A stretch of 64,000 nt of DNA from Candidatus Krumholzibacteriota bacterium (lineage in GTDB: Bacteria; Krumholzibacteriota; Krumholzibacteriia; JAJRXK01), in contig CAVXTH010000009.1 in NCBI GenBank assembly GCA_963764625.1, forward strand, positions 1-64,000, in the 5' to 3' direction. The notes beneath the pieces are model-generated. The model searched no databases, had not been told where the DNA came from, and saw nothing but the letters and a program-made list of their open reading frames with translations. Below are positions 38,347 through 49,933 of this stretch, piece after piece (position 1 is the stretch's first letter; each line of letters begins with the position of its first letter). Position numbers and translations under genes: made by a program.

Positions 38347-38622
38347 GGGGATCGGCTCCTTCCCGGTAATGCATCGGGTTTTGAACTCACCGGACGCGCC
38401 GGTTCAGCTCCGGACACCGGCGAGGCCAGACCGGGCGGTCAGGGCGTCGCCACAGCCCTCGCCAGAAAAGAAGGGGTGAAGGACCGTGTTCTGCCAGCGA
38501 AACACGACTTTTCGCTCAGCAGGTCTCGGAGAGGTAGGGGGGCGTGGCATGGCTCCTAACTGGTGTGGTAGGATGGAATGACTCCATCCGGGCTCCGGTC
38601 CCCACCCGAAAGGAGACTCGTC

Positions 38623-41600
38623 ATGGCCGCCCGTATCGCTACGGTCCTCATGGTCGCTGCCTCTCTCCTCAGCGCTCCGAGTGCGTTCGCCGCCGACGAT
38701 GAGGGCCGAACAGAAGCCGCCGCCCGCCTGGCGCGCCTCATCGCTTCGGCCCAGCCGAGCCCGGTCACTCTTCCCGATCCCAACGGGCCACGCAGCACGC
38801 AACCCGGTCAGCTCGTCACCCATGATCTTAAGACCGGGAAGACCTTCGTCCACACCGAGTTCGGGCCGGCGCCAAGTGCAGCGAGGGCTTCGGTTCCAGC
38901 GGGAGCCGGTGCTCTCGAGCTGCTAGGCGATTCTTCGATGGTACCGGGCTCGAGCAAGAACTTCACTTTTTGGCAGGCGGTTGCCGATCCGACGAGTGGA
39001 ACCTACCCGCGGCGCGTCCGCATCCAGTCGAAGTTTCTGGACAGTACAGACACCCTGCGGACCTTTTATGGTTCGGGCACCCTCATCGACTCCTACCATG
39101 TCATCACGGCGGCGCACGTCATCTACATGTTGCCCGGCGGTCCCTACGTCTATCCCGACCCATGGGCGCAATCGGTTACGGTGGTGCCCGCCTACTCGAA
39201 CGGCACGGCCCCCTTCGGGGACGCCACGGCCACCGCGCTGCATTCGTGGACCAACTTCACGGTCGACGCCGACTGGCAGCACGACCTCGGCGTGATCACC
39301 CTGGATCGGCCCATCGGTGGCCTGACGGGATGGTGGGGTTACGGCTACAACACGGACTACAACTACTACACGAGCGGCACGTGGCGGCACGCGGGTTGGC
39401 CGGGCGAGGATCCCTACGACGGGGAGACCCTGTACGAGAATGTAGGCACCTTCGATCAATCTCCCATCGACGGATGGGACTGGCGCATCGGGTTCTTCGC
39501 GCCCACCTGGGGAGGCACGAGCGGTGCGGGGGCAGTTCGCGATGGAGCGGTCTTCGGAGTGTTTTCCGGTAGCAATCGCATCGACCACTCCGAAGACGTG
39601 ATTTTGACTCCCACCAAATTCAGTCATATCGAAGGCTGGATCAATGCTTTGACGCCGTCCGGCTGGGATCTGATTCCGATGTTCGTGCAGACCGACGCCT
39701 CAGTTCTCGCCGGCGCGAGCTTGAGCTCGCTGAGCTTCGTGCTGCACAACTACGGCGCGTCCTGGGCGAACACGACCGTCAACTACACGATCTACCTCTC
39801 CAGCGATGCGAGCATCACCAGCTCCGACCTATACCTGGGAACGGGAAGTTTCTCCATTTCCCTTCCCGACAAGAACTCCCAGCTCATCACCCTGTCACCG
39901 CCGAGCATTCCGTCTTATGTCGCATCGGGCGATTGGTTTGTCGGCGTCATCATCGACGTGCCCGATGCCGACGCGAGCAACAACGACACCAGTGGACAGG
40001 AAGCCGCGCCGCTGACGGTGAGCTGTGCCGCGGCGCCCCCGGCACCGATCCTGACCGCGCCCAACGACGGCGCGCAGTGCCGGCCGCGGGACAATCTCTA
40101 TCTGACGTGGAGCGATCTCGGCTCGGGAGACGAATACGAGATCCAGTTGGGAACGTCTCCGGGCACGGGCTCGGTCTCGACGGTCTCGAATCAGACGAAT
40201 CTCCCGCTCTCCGGCTTGGCCGCCAGCACGACCTACTACTGGCGGGTACGCGGCCGGCTGGGTTGCGGCAGCTTCGGACCCTGGTCGGCCAGCCGCAGCT
40301 TTCGCACCGAGCCGAACCTCTATGGGGTGAGCACCCTGGTCGAACCAACCGACGGCGAACACTGTCTATCGCAATCGGTGACTCTGGGATGGACCGCCCT
40401 TCCCGATGCCGCCAGCTACGAGGTGCAGATCAGCCCGAACTGGTGCTACGAGGGTGCGATCACGAGTGGAATCATTGGAACGCAGTACACCGCGAATGGG
40501 CTGACGCCCAACACGACCTACTACTGGCGCGTGCGGGCTCTGACCACATGTGGTGACATGACGGACTGGAGTAGCGTGCCGGGCTTCTGCTGGACCTTCA
40601 AGACCGCTCCGAGTTCGATTTCCCCACCCACGATCATCGGACCGGCCGATGGCGCGACCTGCGCCAACTTGCTGATCTGGAATCACGCCGAGGACTGGGA
40701 TCATTACGAAGTGCAGGTGGGAACCGCCTGCGGCACGGGCACCATCTACACCACGGTGTCCAATGGACTGTGGCCGGAAGGACTTGTCGACGGCGAGGTG
40801 TACGTGTGGCGGGTACGTACGGTGCACGAGTGTGGGCTCACGAGCGACTGGACAGCCTGTCGCAGCTTCACCCTCGATCAAGAGCCCCCGACCAACCCCA
40901 CGACTCTGACGAGCAATTCGCATCAGGTAGGGGTGTGGTCGACCGACAACACGATCGACGTCTATTGGGATTGGGGGTACGACAACTGCTCCGGGAGCTT
41001 TCCTCAATACGCAACCCTGTGGGACACGAATCCCACCACCGAACCCACCATCCCGACGACCAGCGGCGAGACGACTCTGGAAACCAGTCCACCCTTGCCC
41101 GACGGTCAGTCGCACTGGTTTCACGTGCGGACCATCGACTGGGCCGGTAACATGGCCTTGGACACGCTGCACCTCGGACCGTTCTGGATCGACGCGACTC
41201 CGCCCGACTCGGTCGAGGGACTGTGGCTCTGCGAGCCGCTGGGGCTGCCCGGAGATTTCGACCCCCTCACGGCTCAGTGGGATGCCACCGTCGACTCGAC
41301 TTCGGGCCTGGCCGGCTATTCCTGGGTCGTGGTGACGGGATTGCCGGCGGCCGCGGTGCCCGACGACCTCGTCGAGACTTCCGGTGAGAGCGCGAATCCA
41401 GTTCTGTCCAGTGGAGGTGGGTGGTCCTTCGGGGTAAAGGCGGTGGACAACGCCGGAAACAGCGGTCCGGTGAGCGCGGTGGGTCAGGTCCTCCACAATC
41501 CCAACTTGCCGGAATTCCTGGCTCCCGTGTGCGGGACAGAGCTGAACGAGGGGCAGTCCTACGACGTCGAGTGGGAACCAGTGAGCGGGGTTGCGGGAGG

Positions 41601-42112
41601 ACGCCTGCGTCTCTCGACCGACGGAGGTGCGAGCTTTTCCCTCGTCACCGAACTCGACGTGAGCACACTCGCGGCCGGCACCTGGAGCTGGACGGTGCCC
41701 CAGGCCGATACCGACCGGGCGCTTCTCCAGCTCGAGCTCGACTATGCGGGCGGCCGTCCCACCGCGGCCAGCCGCTTCTTCACCATCAACCTGGTCACTG
41801 CGACTCTCCCGGGCGAGCTGCCCAGTATCCAGGGCGTACGACTCGTGGGCAACTACCCGAACCCCTTCAATCCCGCGACAACGATCGTCTTCCGCGTGGA
41901 GCAGACGACCAAAGTGCGGCTGGAGATCTACGACCTCGCGGGTCGCAGGGTGCGCCGACTGGTCGACGGCCTGCGCAACGGACCGCAGCAGCATGAAGTG
42001 ATCTGGAACGGTTGCGGCAGACGACGGGCGCAGAGTCGCGAGTGGAGTCTACTTCTGCCGGTTGGCAACTCCCTTGGGGAACGCGACGCAGCCGATGGTG
42101 TTGTTGGAGTGA
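38623..42112 (+). CDS. Secreted trypsin-like (V8-type) serine protease with CARDB-like, FN3-like and FlgD-Ig/CTD-like domains; frameshift near 42013
   Basis: TAAH, HDLG and GGTSGAG triad motifs, repeated YYWRVR units. The +1 frame from 42017 gives DDGRRVASGVYFCRL..PMVLLE-stop at 42112. Confidence 0.85.
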
Positions 42113-42125
42113 TCACCTGCGCCAA

Positions 42126-42152
42126 GCGGGGCCCGGACGCACCGGGCCCCGC
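42126..42152. terminator. GC-rich hairpin between convergent genes
   Basis: Perfect 11-bp inverted repeat GCGGGGCCCGG-acgca-CCGGGCCCCGC, 13 nt after the corrected protease stop. No clear U-tract. Confidence 0.6.
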
Positions 42153-42283
42153 CATCTCGAGGAACTTCCTACTCTCTCCACGCTTTGGTACTGAACTCAG
42201 GCCTTCGGCATCATGTCACGGATGGCCTGCATCTGGGCCTCCTCGAACGCGCGCCCCGCGAAGGTTCTGGCCTTGCGACCGGG

Positions 42284-43621
42284 TCAGTCTCCGGATCCCA
42301 TGCCCCCTCGGTCGTGCGGCACGACGACCTCGACCGTGGTCTCGTCGCCAATGCCTGACTCGAGATTCTCACAGCGCAAACGGATCGTGTAGACGCGATC
42401 CATCCCGGTGCCCGAACGCTCGGCGCGCAGCTTCAGACTGCCGTCCGCGTCGATCACCCAGTCGGGGGATGTATTTCCGTCTCCGAGGCCGTTGACCGGT
42501 TCGTTGCTGGTGACTTCCAGAACGGTACAGTTCAAATCCAAACCGCACTCGTTTTGGCTCTGAACATCGAAGGAAATGTCGACCATCTTGTGATTCGGTG
42601 GCCAAAGGACGCTCGGTTGCGCCGTGGCGCCGAGGATGGTCACATCCGAGGCTTCGACGGTGACATCGAAACTGCAGGCGCTTTCGTTACCAGCTGCGTC
42701 CGTCGCGGTGACGTTGACAGTGGTGGTTCCCACCGGGAAAACGCTGCCCGAGGCGGGGTCGGAAGTGACCACGGGTGCCTCGTCGCAGTTGTCGGTCGCC
42801 ACCACGTTGTAGTTGAAGACCATACCATCCGGCATCGAGCACTTCAGCACGGTGTCGGCGGGACAGTCGATCATCGGCGCTTCCGTGTCGGCTTCGACGA
42901 TCACGTCGAAGCTACACGTGCTCGCGTTGCCCGAAGCGTCGGTGGCGGTGCAGGTGACCGTGGTCGTGCCCGGACGGAACTTGCTTCCCGAAGGTGGATC
43001 ACAGACCACTACGGGAGCTTCATCGCAATCATCCGTCGCGGTTAGCTCGAACTCCAGGACCACGCCTGCGGTGTCCGCGCAGGAGAAGGTGGTGTCGTCG
43101 GGACATTCGATAACCGGAGCGAACTCGTCCGCTGCGAACACCGGTGGAGTGGGAAGGAAGTCGACTTCACGCGCAGTCTCAGCTGCGGTCTCCCAGGCGC
43201 TCAAGAGGCCTGACAAATAGGCCAGATAGGCTTGGGTGGTCGTTGCTTCGGGATCGAATGCGTCGACCGCGCCCAGGGGATCAGTCTCGAGCTGCCCGTT
43301 GACGGCAGCTTGCCACTGCTGCAAGACCGGCACCAGCTGGGCGAGGTAGTCGGCGACCGAACCACCATCCCAAGCGGGCGCGTCGTTCAGGGTCGCGTCG
43401 GGAAGCCAGGCCGCCAGGGAGTCCTGCCACACGGGCAGGGCGGTCGAAAGTTCGTCGAGGAAAGTGATTTCGCCGCAGACCGGAACATCGAGGAGAGCCT
43501 TGCTGCTGATCTGCGTGAACGGGGGCGTGGAAGTGGGAGATTGGGAATTATCACTACAGCCGTAGATGGCGGCTGTAGCGACAAGAGTCACCAAAGCCAG
43601 CCGTGCCATCAACTTGAACAT
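42284..43621 (-). CDS. Lipoprotein with HYR (Ig-like) domains
   Basis: Lipobox AIYGC, two HYR units (P-I-CP..ATD-CD..GS-F--GTT-V--TATDA-GN---CSFDV) and C-terminal LWPPNHKM..LRAERSG..RVYTI. Confidence 0.85.
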   Translation of the reverse strand: MFKLMARLALVTLVATAAIYGCSDNSQSPTSTPPFTQISSKALLDVPVCGEITFLDELSTALPVWQDSLAAWLPDATLNDAPAWDGGSVADYLAQLVPVLQQWQAAVNGQLETDPLGAVDAFDPEATTTQAYLAYLSGLLSAWETAAETAREVDFLPTPPVFAADEFAPVIECPDDTTFSCADTAGVVLEFELTATDDCDEAPVVVCDPPSGSKFRPGTTTVTCTATDASGNASTCSFDVIVEADTEAPMIDCPADTVLKCSMPDGMVFNYNVVATDNCDEAPVVTSDPASGSVFPVGTTTVNVTATDAAGNESACSFDVTVEASDVTILGATAQPSVLWPPNHKMVDISFDVQSQNECGLDLNCTVLEVTSNEPVNGLGDGNTSPDWVIDADGSLKLRAERSGTGMDRVYTIRLRCENLESGIGDETTVEVVVPHDRGGMGSGD

Positions 43622-43768
43622 GATTCGTCCCCTTGCTGAAGTTGCGAGTCCTGCGTGATAGGGAAGCAGTGGCGCTCCATGAGCGTTGGGACCTCACGGG
43701 AGCACTGGAGCATCATACCGCACCCAATGCCAGATGAAAAGGTCCTTAGGTAGAGGGAAAGGGGCGCT

Positions 43769-46426
43769 TTACCAGCTACGCCAGCCGGTTCTCACGCGAA
43801 TCGCGGGATTGTATCCGCCACTTTCAGCGATCGAGACCAAGGAGAGTCCATCCGGCGAGAGGTCGTAGGCATTTCTCAGGTAGCCCACGTGGGGCGAGGG
43901 CAGGGGCATTACCGGCGAGGGAGAAGAAAATTCGATTCCATCACTCGTATCCTTGACCTTGGAGACCATCAGGTTTCCCGTCAAACTCCGGTAGTAGAGC
44001 TTTCCGCCATCGTGAGTCCAGGATGGATCGCTGCCGCCGCTCACCGAAACCGTCAGCTGCTTCAGTTTGGGTCCTCCCTTTACCGGGGAGACATAGACTT
44101 CAGTTTGTCCGCTGGCGTTGCTCTCGAAGGCGAACCAGCGTGAATCCGGCGAGAAGCGGGCGAAGGAATACAGACTGGAGTCTTCGTGCAACAGCGTCCA
44201 TTCCAGGGTCTCCTTTCCCAAGGAGCCCAGGTAGAGCTCGGTACTCTGGCTTGCGCTGCGGCCTCCGACGAGGATCCAGTTTCCATCGGCGGAGCAATCC
44301 ATAACTGCGAGGTCATTGAGACCCTCCGGGACAGCCAGACTCTCCGCAGCATGCCCCCCGTTCACCTTCTTGCGGTACGCCCCCCACCCTCCCGAATCCT
44401 CAAGAGTGTCGTAGTACAGAAATTCCCCATCCGCCGACCAGGTCGGGCTGTCGGCCATGCGTCCGCGCTCTGATATCAGGGTCCTCGTGCCGCGGTTGAG
44501 GTCGTGAATCCAAATCAGACGTTCATCGGAGCTCACCTGGTCCTCGAACGCGAGCAAGTTGCCATCGGGAGAAATTCGCGGGTTTCGATAGCGCTCGGTG
44601 GCCAAGAGCTGTTTTTGGGCGGAACCGTCGAGCATGTGTTGCTCGATGACCGTCTCTCCCGAATCACTCTGAAAGGCGAGTAGGCCATTCGCGGACACAG
44701 TAAGGGCGCATTCGTGATCGTCGCCGAAGGGTTGAATTTGCTCCTGGACCAGGCGGCGCGGACCCGTGAATTCACGATGCGAGAAATCGAAGGGCCGCGC
44801 GAAGAGTTGCGAATCGTGGCTCCATAGAAGAGCTCCCTTGGGGTCGACGAAGATCGCCGATCGTATGTTCTTCTCGAGGATCTTCTTTTCCTTTCCGTCC
44901 AACGAACATTCGTAGAGCCGGTGGCCGTCGTCACTCGATGCATCGGCAAGAAACACGAAGTGCTGACCATCGGGCAGAAAGGCGGGCCAGCAGTGGTTGT
45001 TTTCTTCGCCTTCGATGACGGTGGTGATGGCCTCAATGCCCTCTCCGTTAGCGGGAACCCGGTAGATCGGTCCCTCCTTGGTGCCCACGAGGATGATGTC
45101 ACGCTGATTCCACGTCCCACCCATGGGCGACTCGTGAATCGTCGCAACCTTGCTGGCCGCGTTTCCATCGAGGGTCGTGCGGTAGACGCCGTCCTGGATG
45201 AAGAATCCGATGTTCTTACCGTCGCTCGACCAGAAGGGTTGCCTTCCGCCGTGGGTGCCGCGCAACAGGCGTGACTCGTCTTCGTCGAGACGCCGGATCC
45301 AGAGGTCCTGGCCGCCGAGCGAATCCCGTCGCGCATAGATGAGATGGGTGCCGTTGGGGGACAGGGCCAAAGATCCGGTGACCAGTCGACCGATATCGTC
45401 GGGGATATCGAACATCAACGGTGGCAGGCCCGTGTCAGCGGGCGGTGCAGTGAGCAGCCGGCTTCCCAAAAAACCCACTCCGAACGTGAGCATGATCGCC
45501 AGCATCCAGGGCCAGAGCTTGACCAGCCCGCTTGCGCCGCCTTTCGCGGAATCGGTGGCGCCAATCGGCTGAAGCATCGTTTCGTTGTCGTCCAGGGCGA
45601 TGCGTGCCTCGCCGATATCCCGCAGACGCAGCTGAGCATCCTTGTGCAGGCAGCGTCGCATGAGAGAACGTAGCGAAGGTGGGGTGTCGTTCGGCAGCTC
45701 CTCCCAAACGATCTCACGCAGCAGCACGCTGGCGAGCGTCTCGCTGATCGTCTCGGCCTGAAAGAGTGGCTTGCCGCTCAGCATCTCGTAGAGGATCACA
45801 CCGAAAGCCCAGATGTCGGCGCGCTTGTCGATCGATTTGCCCTTGGCCTGCTCGGGGCTCATGTAGGCGGCGGTTCCAAGGATGGTCCCGGCCTGGGTCA
45901 TGGCGGCCGTGATAGTGGGGGAGTTCGCGATGTTCCCCTCATCTTCCGAGTCGCTGGAATACGCGCGCGCCAGACCGAAGTCGAGGATCTTCACCTTGCC
46001 CTCGGGCGTGATCTTGATGTTGGCCGGCTTGAGGTCACGGTGGACGATGCCGCGTTCGTGCGCGGCCTCCAGCCCTTCAGCGATCTGCCGGGCGATTGCG
46101 ATGACTTCGTCAGTGGGAATGCGCCCGTGCTGCATCCGTGCCGCGAGGTCTTCACCCGCCACGAGCTCCATGACCAAAAAGCGAACCCCGGCGTCCTCTT
46201 CGAAACCATAGATGGAGGCGATGTTGGGATGCTGCAGGGTCGCGAGAGTGCGGGCCTCTCGTTCGAAGCGGGCGACGCGCTCCGGGTCGCTGGAGAGACT
46301 CAATGGAAGGATCTTCAACGCGACTTCGCGCTCGAGGTGAGTATCACGAGCGCGATAGACCTCACCCATACCACCCTTACCAATGAGATCGAGAACCTCG
46401 TAGTGGGCCAAAGACTTACCGATCAC
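43769..46426 (-). CDS. Hanks-type Ser/Thr protein kinase with TM segment and TolB/PD40-like beta-propeller
   Basis: GKGGMGEVY, VALK, HRDLKPAN, DFGLA and YMSPEQ; SPDG/WSxDG repeats in the C-terminal half. Confidence 0.93.
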   Translation of the reverse strand: MIGKSLAHYEVLDLIGKGGMGEVYRARDTHLEREVALKILPLSLSSDPERVARFEREARTLATLQHPNIASIYGFEEDAGVRFLVMELVAGEDLAARMQHGRIPTDEVIAIARQIAEGLEAAHERGIVHRDLKPANIKITPEGKVKILDFGLARAYSSDSEDEGNIANSPTITAAMTQAGTILGTAAYMSPEQAKGKSIDKRADIWAFGVILYEMLSGKPLFQAETISETLASVLLREIVWEELPNDTPPSLRSLMRRCLHKDAQLRLRDIGEARIALDDNETMLQPIGATDSAKGGASGLVKLWPWMLAIMLTFGVGFLGSRLLTAPPADTGLPPLMFDIPDDIGRLVTGSLALSPNGTHLIYARRDSLGGQDLWIRRLDEDESRLLRGTHGGRQPFWSSDGKNIGFFIQDGVYRTTLDGNAASKVATIHESPMGGTWNQRDIILVGTKEGPIYRVPANGEGIEAITTVIEGEENNHCWPAFLPDGQHFVFLADASSDDGHRLYECSLDGKEKKILEKNIRSAIFVDPKGALLWSHDSQLFARPFDFSHREFTGPRRLVQEQIQPFGDDHECALTVSANGLLAFQSDSGETVIEQHMLDGSAQKQLLATERYRNPRISPDGNLLAFEDQVSSDERLIWIHDLNRGTRTLISERGRMADSPTWSADGEFLYYDTLEDSGGWGAYRKKVNGGHAAESLAVPEGLNDLAVMDCSADGNWILVGGRSASQSTELYLGSLGKETLEWTLLHEDSSLYSFARFSPDSRWFAFESNASGQTEVYVSPVKGGPKLKQLTVSVSGGSDPSWTHDGGKLYYRSLTGNLMVSKVKDTSDGIEFSSPSPVMPLPSPHVGYLRNAYDLSPDGLSLVSIAESGGYNPAIRVRTGWRSW

Positions 46427-46703
46427 GACTGCTCCGTGCTGCAGTTCGAGGAGGAGGATTGGCGGTGTTGGTCGACGAAGCGGGGAACGCGACCGGCCTG
46501 ACCCGGGCGTGGTCCTGATTGTACGGGAGGAAGAGACACCTCACTAGCGCAAAATGGCCGGAGGGACGGCTCTGGCGTCGTGGTCAGGTGGGCGGCTTTC
46601 CTGATCGACCCAATTCACTTACACTATTCCTTTGTCTCTGGATTCACCCCCAGCGTAGTCGATGGCTGGGTGCTCCCCTACAACGTCTCGAGGATGATTC
46701 CAC

Positions 46704-47183
46704 ATGACTCACCTGTCGACCGCTGAAGGCCTCAAGAAGCTCAAGAAGGAGATCGAGGAACTCGAGCGCCACATCAAGATCGAGATTCCCCGCGATCTCG
46801 CGGCGGCGGCGGCCCACGGTGATCTACGGGAAAATGCCGAGTACGCGGCGGCCAAGGACAAGCAGTCCCTGGCGATGGCCCGGTTGAAGGAGCTGCGCGA
46901 GCGCGTCCGGCACGCCGAGGTCGTGGACAGGCGAGATTTTCCCGAGGACATCGTCACTCTGCTCAAGCGGGTCCGCATCAGGGATGTGGAGACGGGCACC
47001 ATGGAGGAGTACACGATCCTGGGTGACGCTGACGCCGATCACGAGAATGGAATCATCAGTTACAATTCTCCGCTGGCGGCCTCGCTCATCGGTCACAAGA
47101 AGGGCGATGTGCTCGACGCCGAGCTTCCCGGCACCACTCGCCGCTTTGAAATTCTCGACTTCGAGTTTTTCAAAGGCGCCTGA
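46704..47183 (+). CDS. greA: Transcription elongation factor, GreA/GreB family
   Basis: AAAHGDLRENAEYAAAK and ISYNSPLAASLIG motifs. GAGG RBS. Confidence 0.9.
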   Translation: MTHLSTAEGLKKLKKEIEELERHIKIEIPRDLAAAAAHGDLRENAEYAAAKDKQSLAMARLKELRERVRHAEVVDRRDFPEDIVTLLKRVRIRDVETGTMEEYTILGDADADHENGIISYNSPLAASLIGHKKGDVLDAELPGTTRRFEILDFEFFKGA

Positions 47184-47254
47184 GGGACTTTCTGCAACCT
47201 CTTCTGCTGTTCTTTGCCGTCTGCTTACAGGAAGCAGTGGACTGCATCGATCTG

Positions 47255-49933
47255 TCAACGTACCAACACTGCTGGCCAGTTCTGGATCAGGGTTGCACCC
47301 ACGAGGCTCTTGTCGGCGGGAGGAAGCTCGTTGGTGAGTATCTGCTGTCCATCCTTGGAAACCGCGAAGCTGGCATCCACGCCGGTCAGACTCAGGGTGA
47401 ACAAGTTCTGGGGCTTGCCGAACGAGAAGGCACCCTTGTTGGAAATGGGAACGGACAGAAGCGAGCCGCTTCTCAGATAGAAAACCTCCTGTCCGTCGCT
47501 ACGCCACGTGGGCAAGATCCCGGCACCGGGGCCCCCGTCGGTCGAGATCATCCACTGGCCCTTTGCGTCAGGAAAAGACTGCACGTAGACCTCGAGGTTT
47601 CCGGTCTTGTTACAGCTGTATGCGAGCCATTTGCCATCGGGTGAGAGCCTCGCGCCCTCATAGCTATCCTCCCCGGAGAGGACGGGCTTCGCTTTCTTGC
47701 TCCGCAGATCCAGTGCCCAGATTTCGCCCCCAGTTTCCGCATCCAGACGGTTGAAGAAGATCAACCGCCCATCATTCGACCAATCGGTCAACCAGATCTG
47801 CGTCGAGTCCGTATAGACCAGACTGGCCTCCCCTTGCCCCGAAGTTGGGCGCAGGTAGATCTCGGCCACCGCTTTCCTAGAAGAGATGAATGACACCTGG
47901 CTACCATCGGGTGACCAGAGCGGACATCGATCATCCGCGGGATCGAAGGTGAAGCGGGTCTGCATTCCCTTTTCCTGGCCGAGAATCCAGATGTCACACG
48001 CGTCCTGGCCGACCGCGAGGGCGAGCCGGGCGTCGTCTCGAGACAGGCTGAAATCAGCGTAGCTGGAAGGCTTGCCTAAAGTACGCAGTACCTTTCCTTC
48101 GCGGTTACGCCAGCGCAATACCGTCTGCGCCGCTCCTACCCCCCTCATGTGAACGAGCAGAGTCTGCGACACCCCGAACTGCGCGCCACCCCAGGAAATG
48201 CCACCTCCAGGGATATCGGTGGCTACCGGCATGGGATCGCCGACGAAGTCCAATGAAGAGAGATCAAAAGGGCGAGCCATCAGTGTGCGTCCGGCGCGGT
48301 ACAGGAGATTGCCGTGAGCGTAGAGCGCACGGGATTCGGAGTTCATGAGATATCGCGAGTCCTTCGAGTCGAGGGAGCCCAGAGCGACACCGCTCGTTGT
48401 GCTCTTGCGCAAGTTCGTCGTACAGACGATGTAATACAAAAAGTGTGTGCCATCGGGCAGAAATTGCGGCCATCGATGGGCGACTTCGAATCGATCCTTG
48501 CTCAGAGTAGTCAGCGGTTCCGGGGTTCCCCCGCTGGATGGGACTCTCATCAGCGCTTCATTCCAGGCCTTCTGAAAGATGATGACGCCCTGGTTGTTCC
48601 ACGCACCTCCCCGTCCGCTATCGGTGGCATCGCACAGGGGAACGACCGGTCCGCCCCGTGCTTCGATCTTGTTGAGCTTGCCGTTGGCGAAGAAGCCCAG
48701 CCATCGTCCGTCCGGCGACCAGAACGGATACTGGGCCCCCATGGTGCCCGCGAGTTCGTGTGGCTTGGGCAAAGTGAGGTCGCGGATCCAGATGCTGTTC
48801 GTCCCCGACGCGACCGTATCGTTATTGGGCAACGCTACTGCGACGAAGGCGACGCGCGACTCGTCTGGACTCACGGCAAAGGGCGACCCCGGCGCGAAAT
48901 CCCAACCGACAGGCGGCAGCAGGGTCGACTGAACCAGGGGCTGGCTTGTGCCCTGCGTTCGATGCATAGAAGTCACGCCCACCACGGCCACGAGTGCGAG
49001 TACCGCGATGATCCAGAGCAAGCGTTCCCGCCGAAAGCCGGAACTTTTCCCGGCAGCAATCTGATCTGCGGATTCGTCGCTTCGACCCGCCTTCAGATCC
49101 TCTAATGCGATGCGAGCCTCCGCGATGGCCTGGAGGCGGCGCGAGGCATCGCGCTCGAGACAACGCTTCAACAGACCTCGCAGGCTGGGCTGAGTGTTCT
49201 TGGGAAGTTGATCCCATGGGATCTCCGCGCGCAGCACCCCGGCCAGGGTATCGGAAACGGTCTCACCCTCGAATAGACGTTCTCCGCTCAACATCTCGAA
49301 GAGCACGACCCCGAAGGCCCAGATGTCAGCCCGGTGATCAGCCCGCTTGCCTCGGGCCTGCTCGGGAGACATGTATGCTGCCGTCCCCAGAATGACTCCC
49401 GCCTGGGTCATGGCGGTGAGGGTGGGGGAGTTGGCCAGATCGGAGTCTGAACCGAAGTCATCCGCATAGGCGCGCGCGAGACCGAAATCGAGGATCTTGA
49501 GCTTTCCGTCCGACGAAATCTTGATGTTGGCCGGTTTGAGATCGCGATGAATCACGCCCACGGCATGGGCCGCCGCGAGACCTTCCGCCAATTGAATCGC
49601 CAGGTCGACCGCTTCGTCGAGGGGGATCGGTCCCCGTGACAGGCGTTCGCTCAAGTCCTCGCCCTCGACGAGCTCCATGACGAGGAAACGGACCTTGTCC
49701 TGGGTTTCGAAACCGTAGATGCTGGCGATGTTGGAATGCTGGAGCGTAGCGAGCGTACGGGCTTCGCGATCGAACCGCGCCAGTCGCTCCGGATCACCTG
49801 ACATCTCTTGGGGAAGAACCTTGATCGCGACCTCACGCCCCAGCTTGGTGTCGCGAGCACGGTAGACCTCGCCCATCCCGCCTTTGCCGAGGGGAGCGAG
49901 GATGTCGTAGTGGGCCAGGTTCTTGGGGATCAA
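47255..49933 (-). CDS. Hanks-type Ser/Thr protein kinase with TM segment and TolB/PD40-like beta-propeller (paralog of 43769-46426)
   Basis: Same kinase motifs, kinase domain closely similar to its neighbour, PFWSPDG and WPQFLPDG repeats. Confidence 0.93.
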   Translation of the reverse strand: MIPKNLAHYDILAPLGKGGMGEVYRARDTKLGREVAIKVLPQEMSGDPERLARFDREARTLATLQHSNIASIYGFETQDKVRFLVMELVEGEDLSERLSRGPIPLDEAVDLAIQLAEGLAAAHAVGVIHRDLKPANIKISSDGKLKILDFGLARAYADDFGSDSDLANSPTLTAMTQAGVILGTAAYMSPEQARGKRADHRADIWAFGVVLFEMLSGERLFEGETVSDTLAGVLRAEIPWDQLPKNTQPSLRGLLKRCLERDASRRLQAIAEARIALEDLKAGRSDESADQIAAGKSSGFRRERLLWIIAVLALVAVVGVTSMHRTQGTSQPLVQSTLLPPVGWDFAPGSPFAVSPDESRVAFVAVALPNNDTVASGTNSIWIRDLTLPKPHELAGTMGAQYPFWSPDGRWLGFFANGKLNKIEARGGPVVPLCDATDSGRGGAWNNQGVIIFQKAWNEALMRVPSSGGTPEPLTTLSKDRFEVAHRWPQFLPDGTHFLYYIVCTTNLRKSTTSGVALGSLDSKDSRYLMNSESRALYAHGNLLYRAGRTLMARPFDLSSLDFVGDPMPVATDIPGGGISWGGAQFGVSQTLLVHMRGVGAAQTVLRWRNREGKVLRTLGKPSSYADFSLSRDDARLALAVGQDACDIWILGQEKGMQTRFTFDPADDRCPLWSPDGSQVSFISSRKAVAEIYLRPTSGQGEASLVYTDSTQIWLTDWSNDGRLIFFNRLDAETGGEIWALDLRSKKAKPVLSGEDSYEGARLSPDGKWLAYSCNKTGNLEVYVQSFPDAKGQWMISTDGGPGAGILPTWRSDGQEVFYLRSGSLLSVPISNKGAFSFGKPQNLFTLSLTGVDASFAVSKDGQQILTNELPPADKSLVGATLIQNWPAVLVR

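Noticed and set aside
40366-41994. Long antisense ORFs (also 8605-9603, 12176-13294, 22628-23827, 58019-59137, 59852-61144)
   Set aside because: Shadow frames of well-supported genes, as expected in GC-rich DNA; they contain no motifs.
42113-42495. C-terminal extension of the 1305-aa ORF
   Set aside because: Artefact of the frameshift near 42013; it crosses a hairpin and overlaps the convergent HYR gene.
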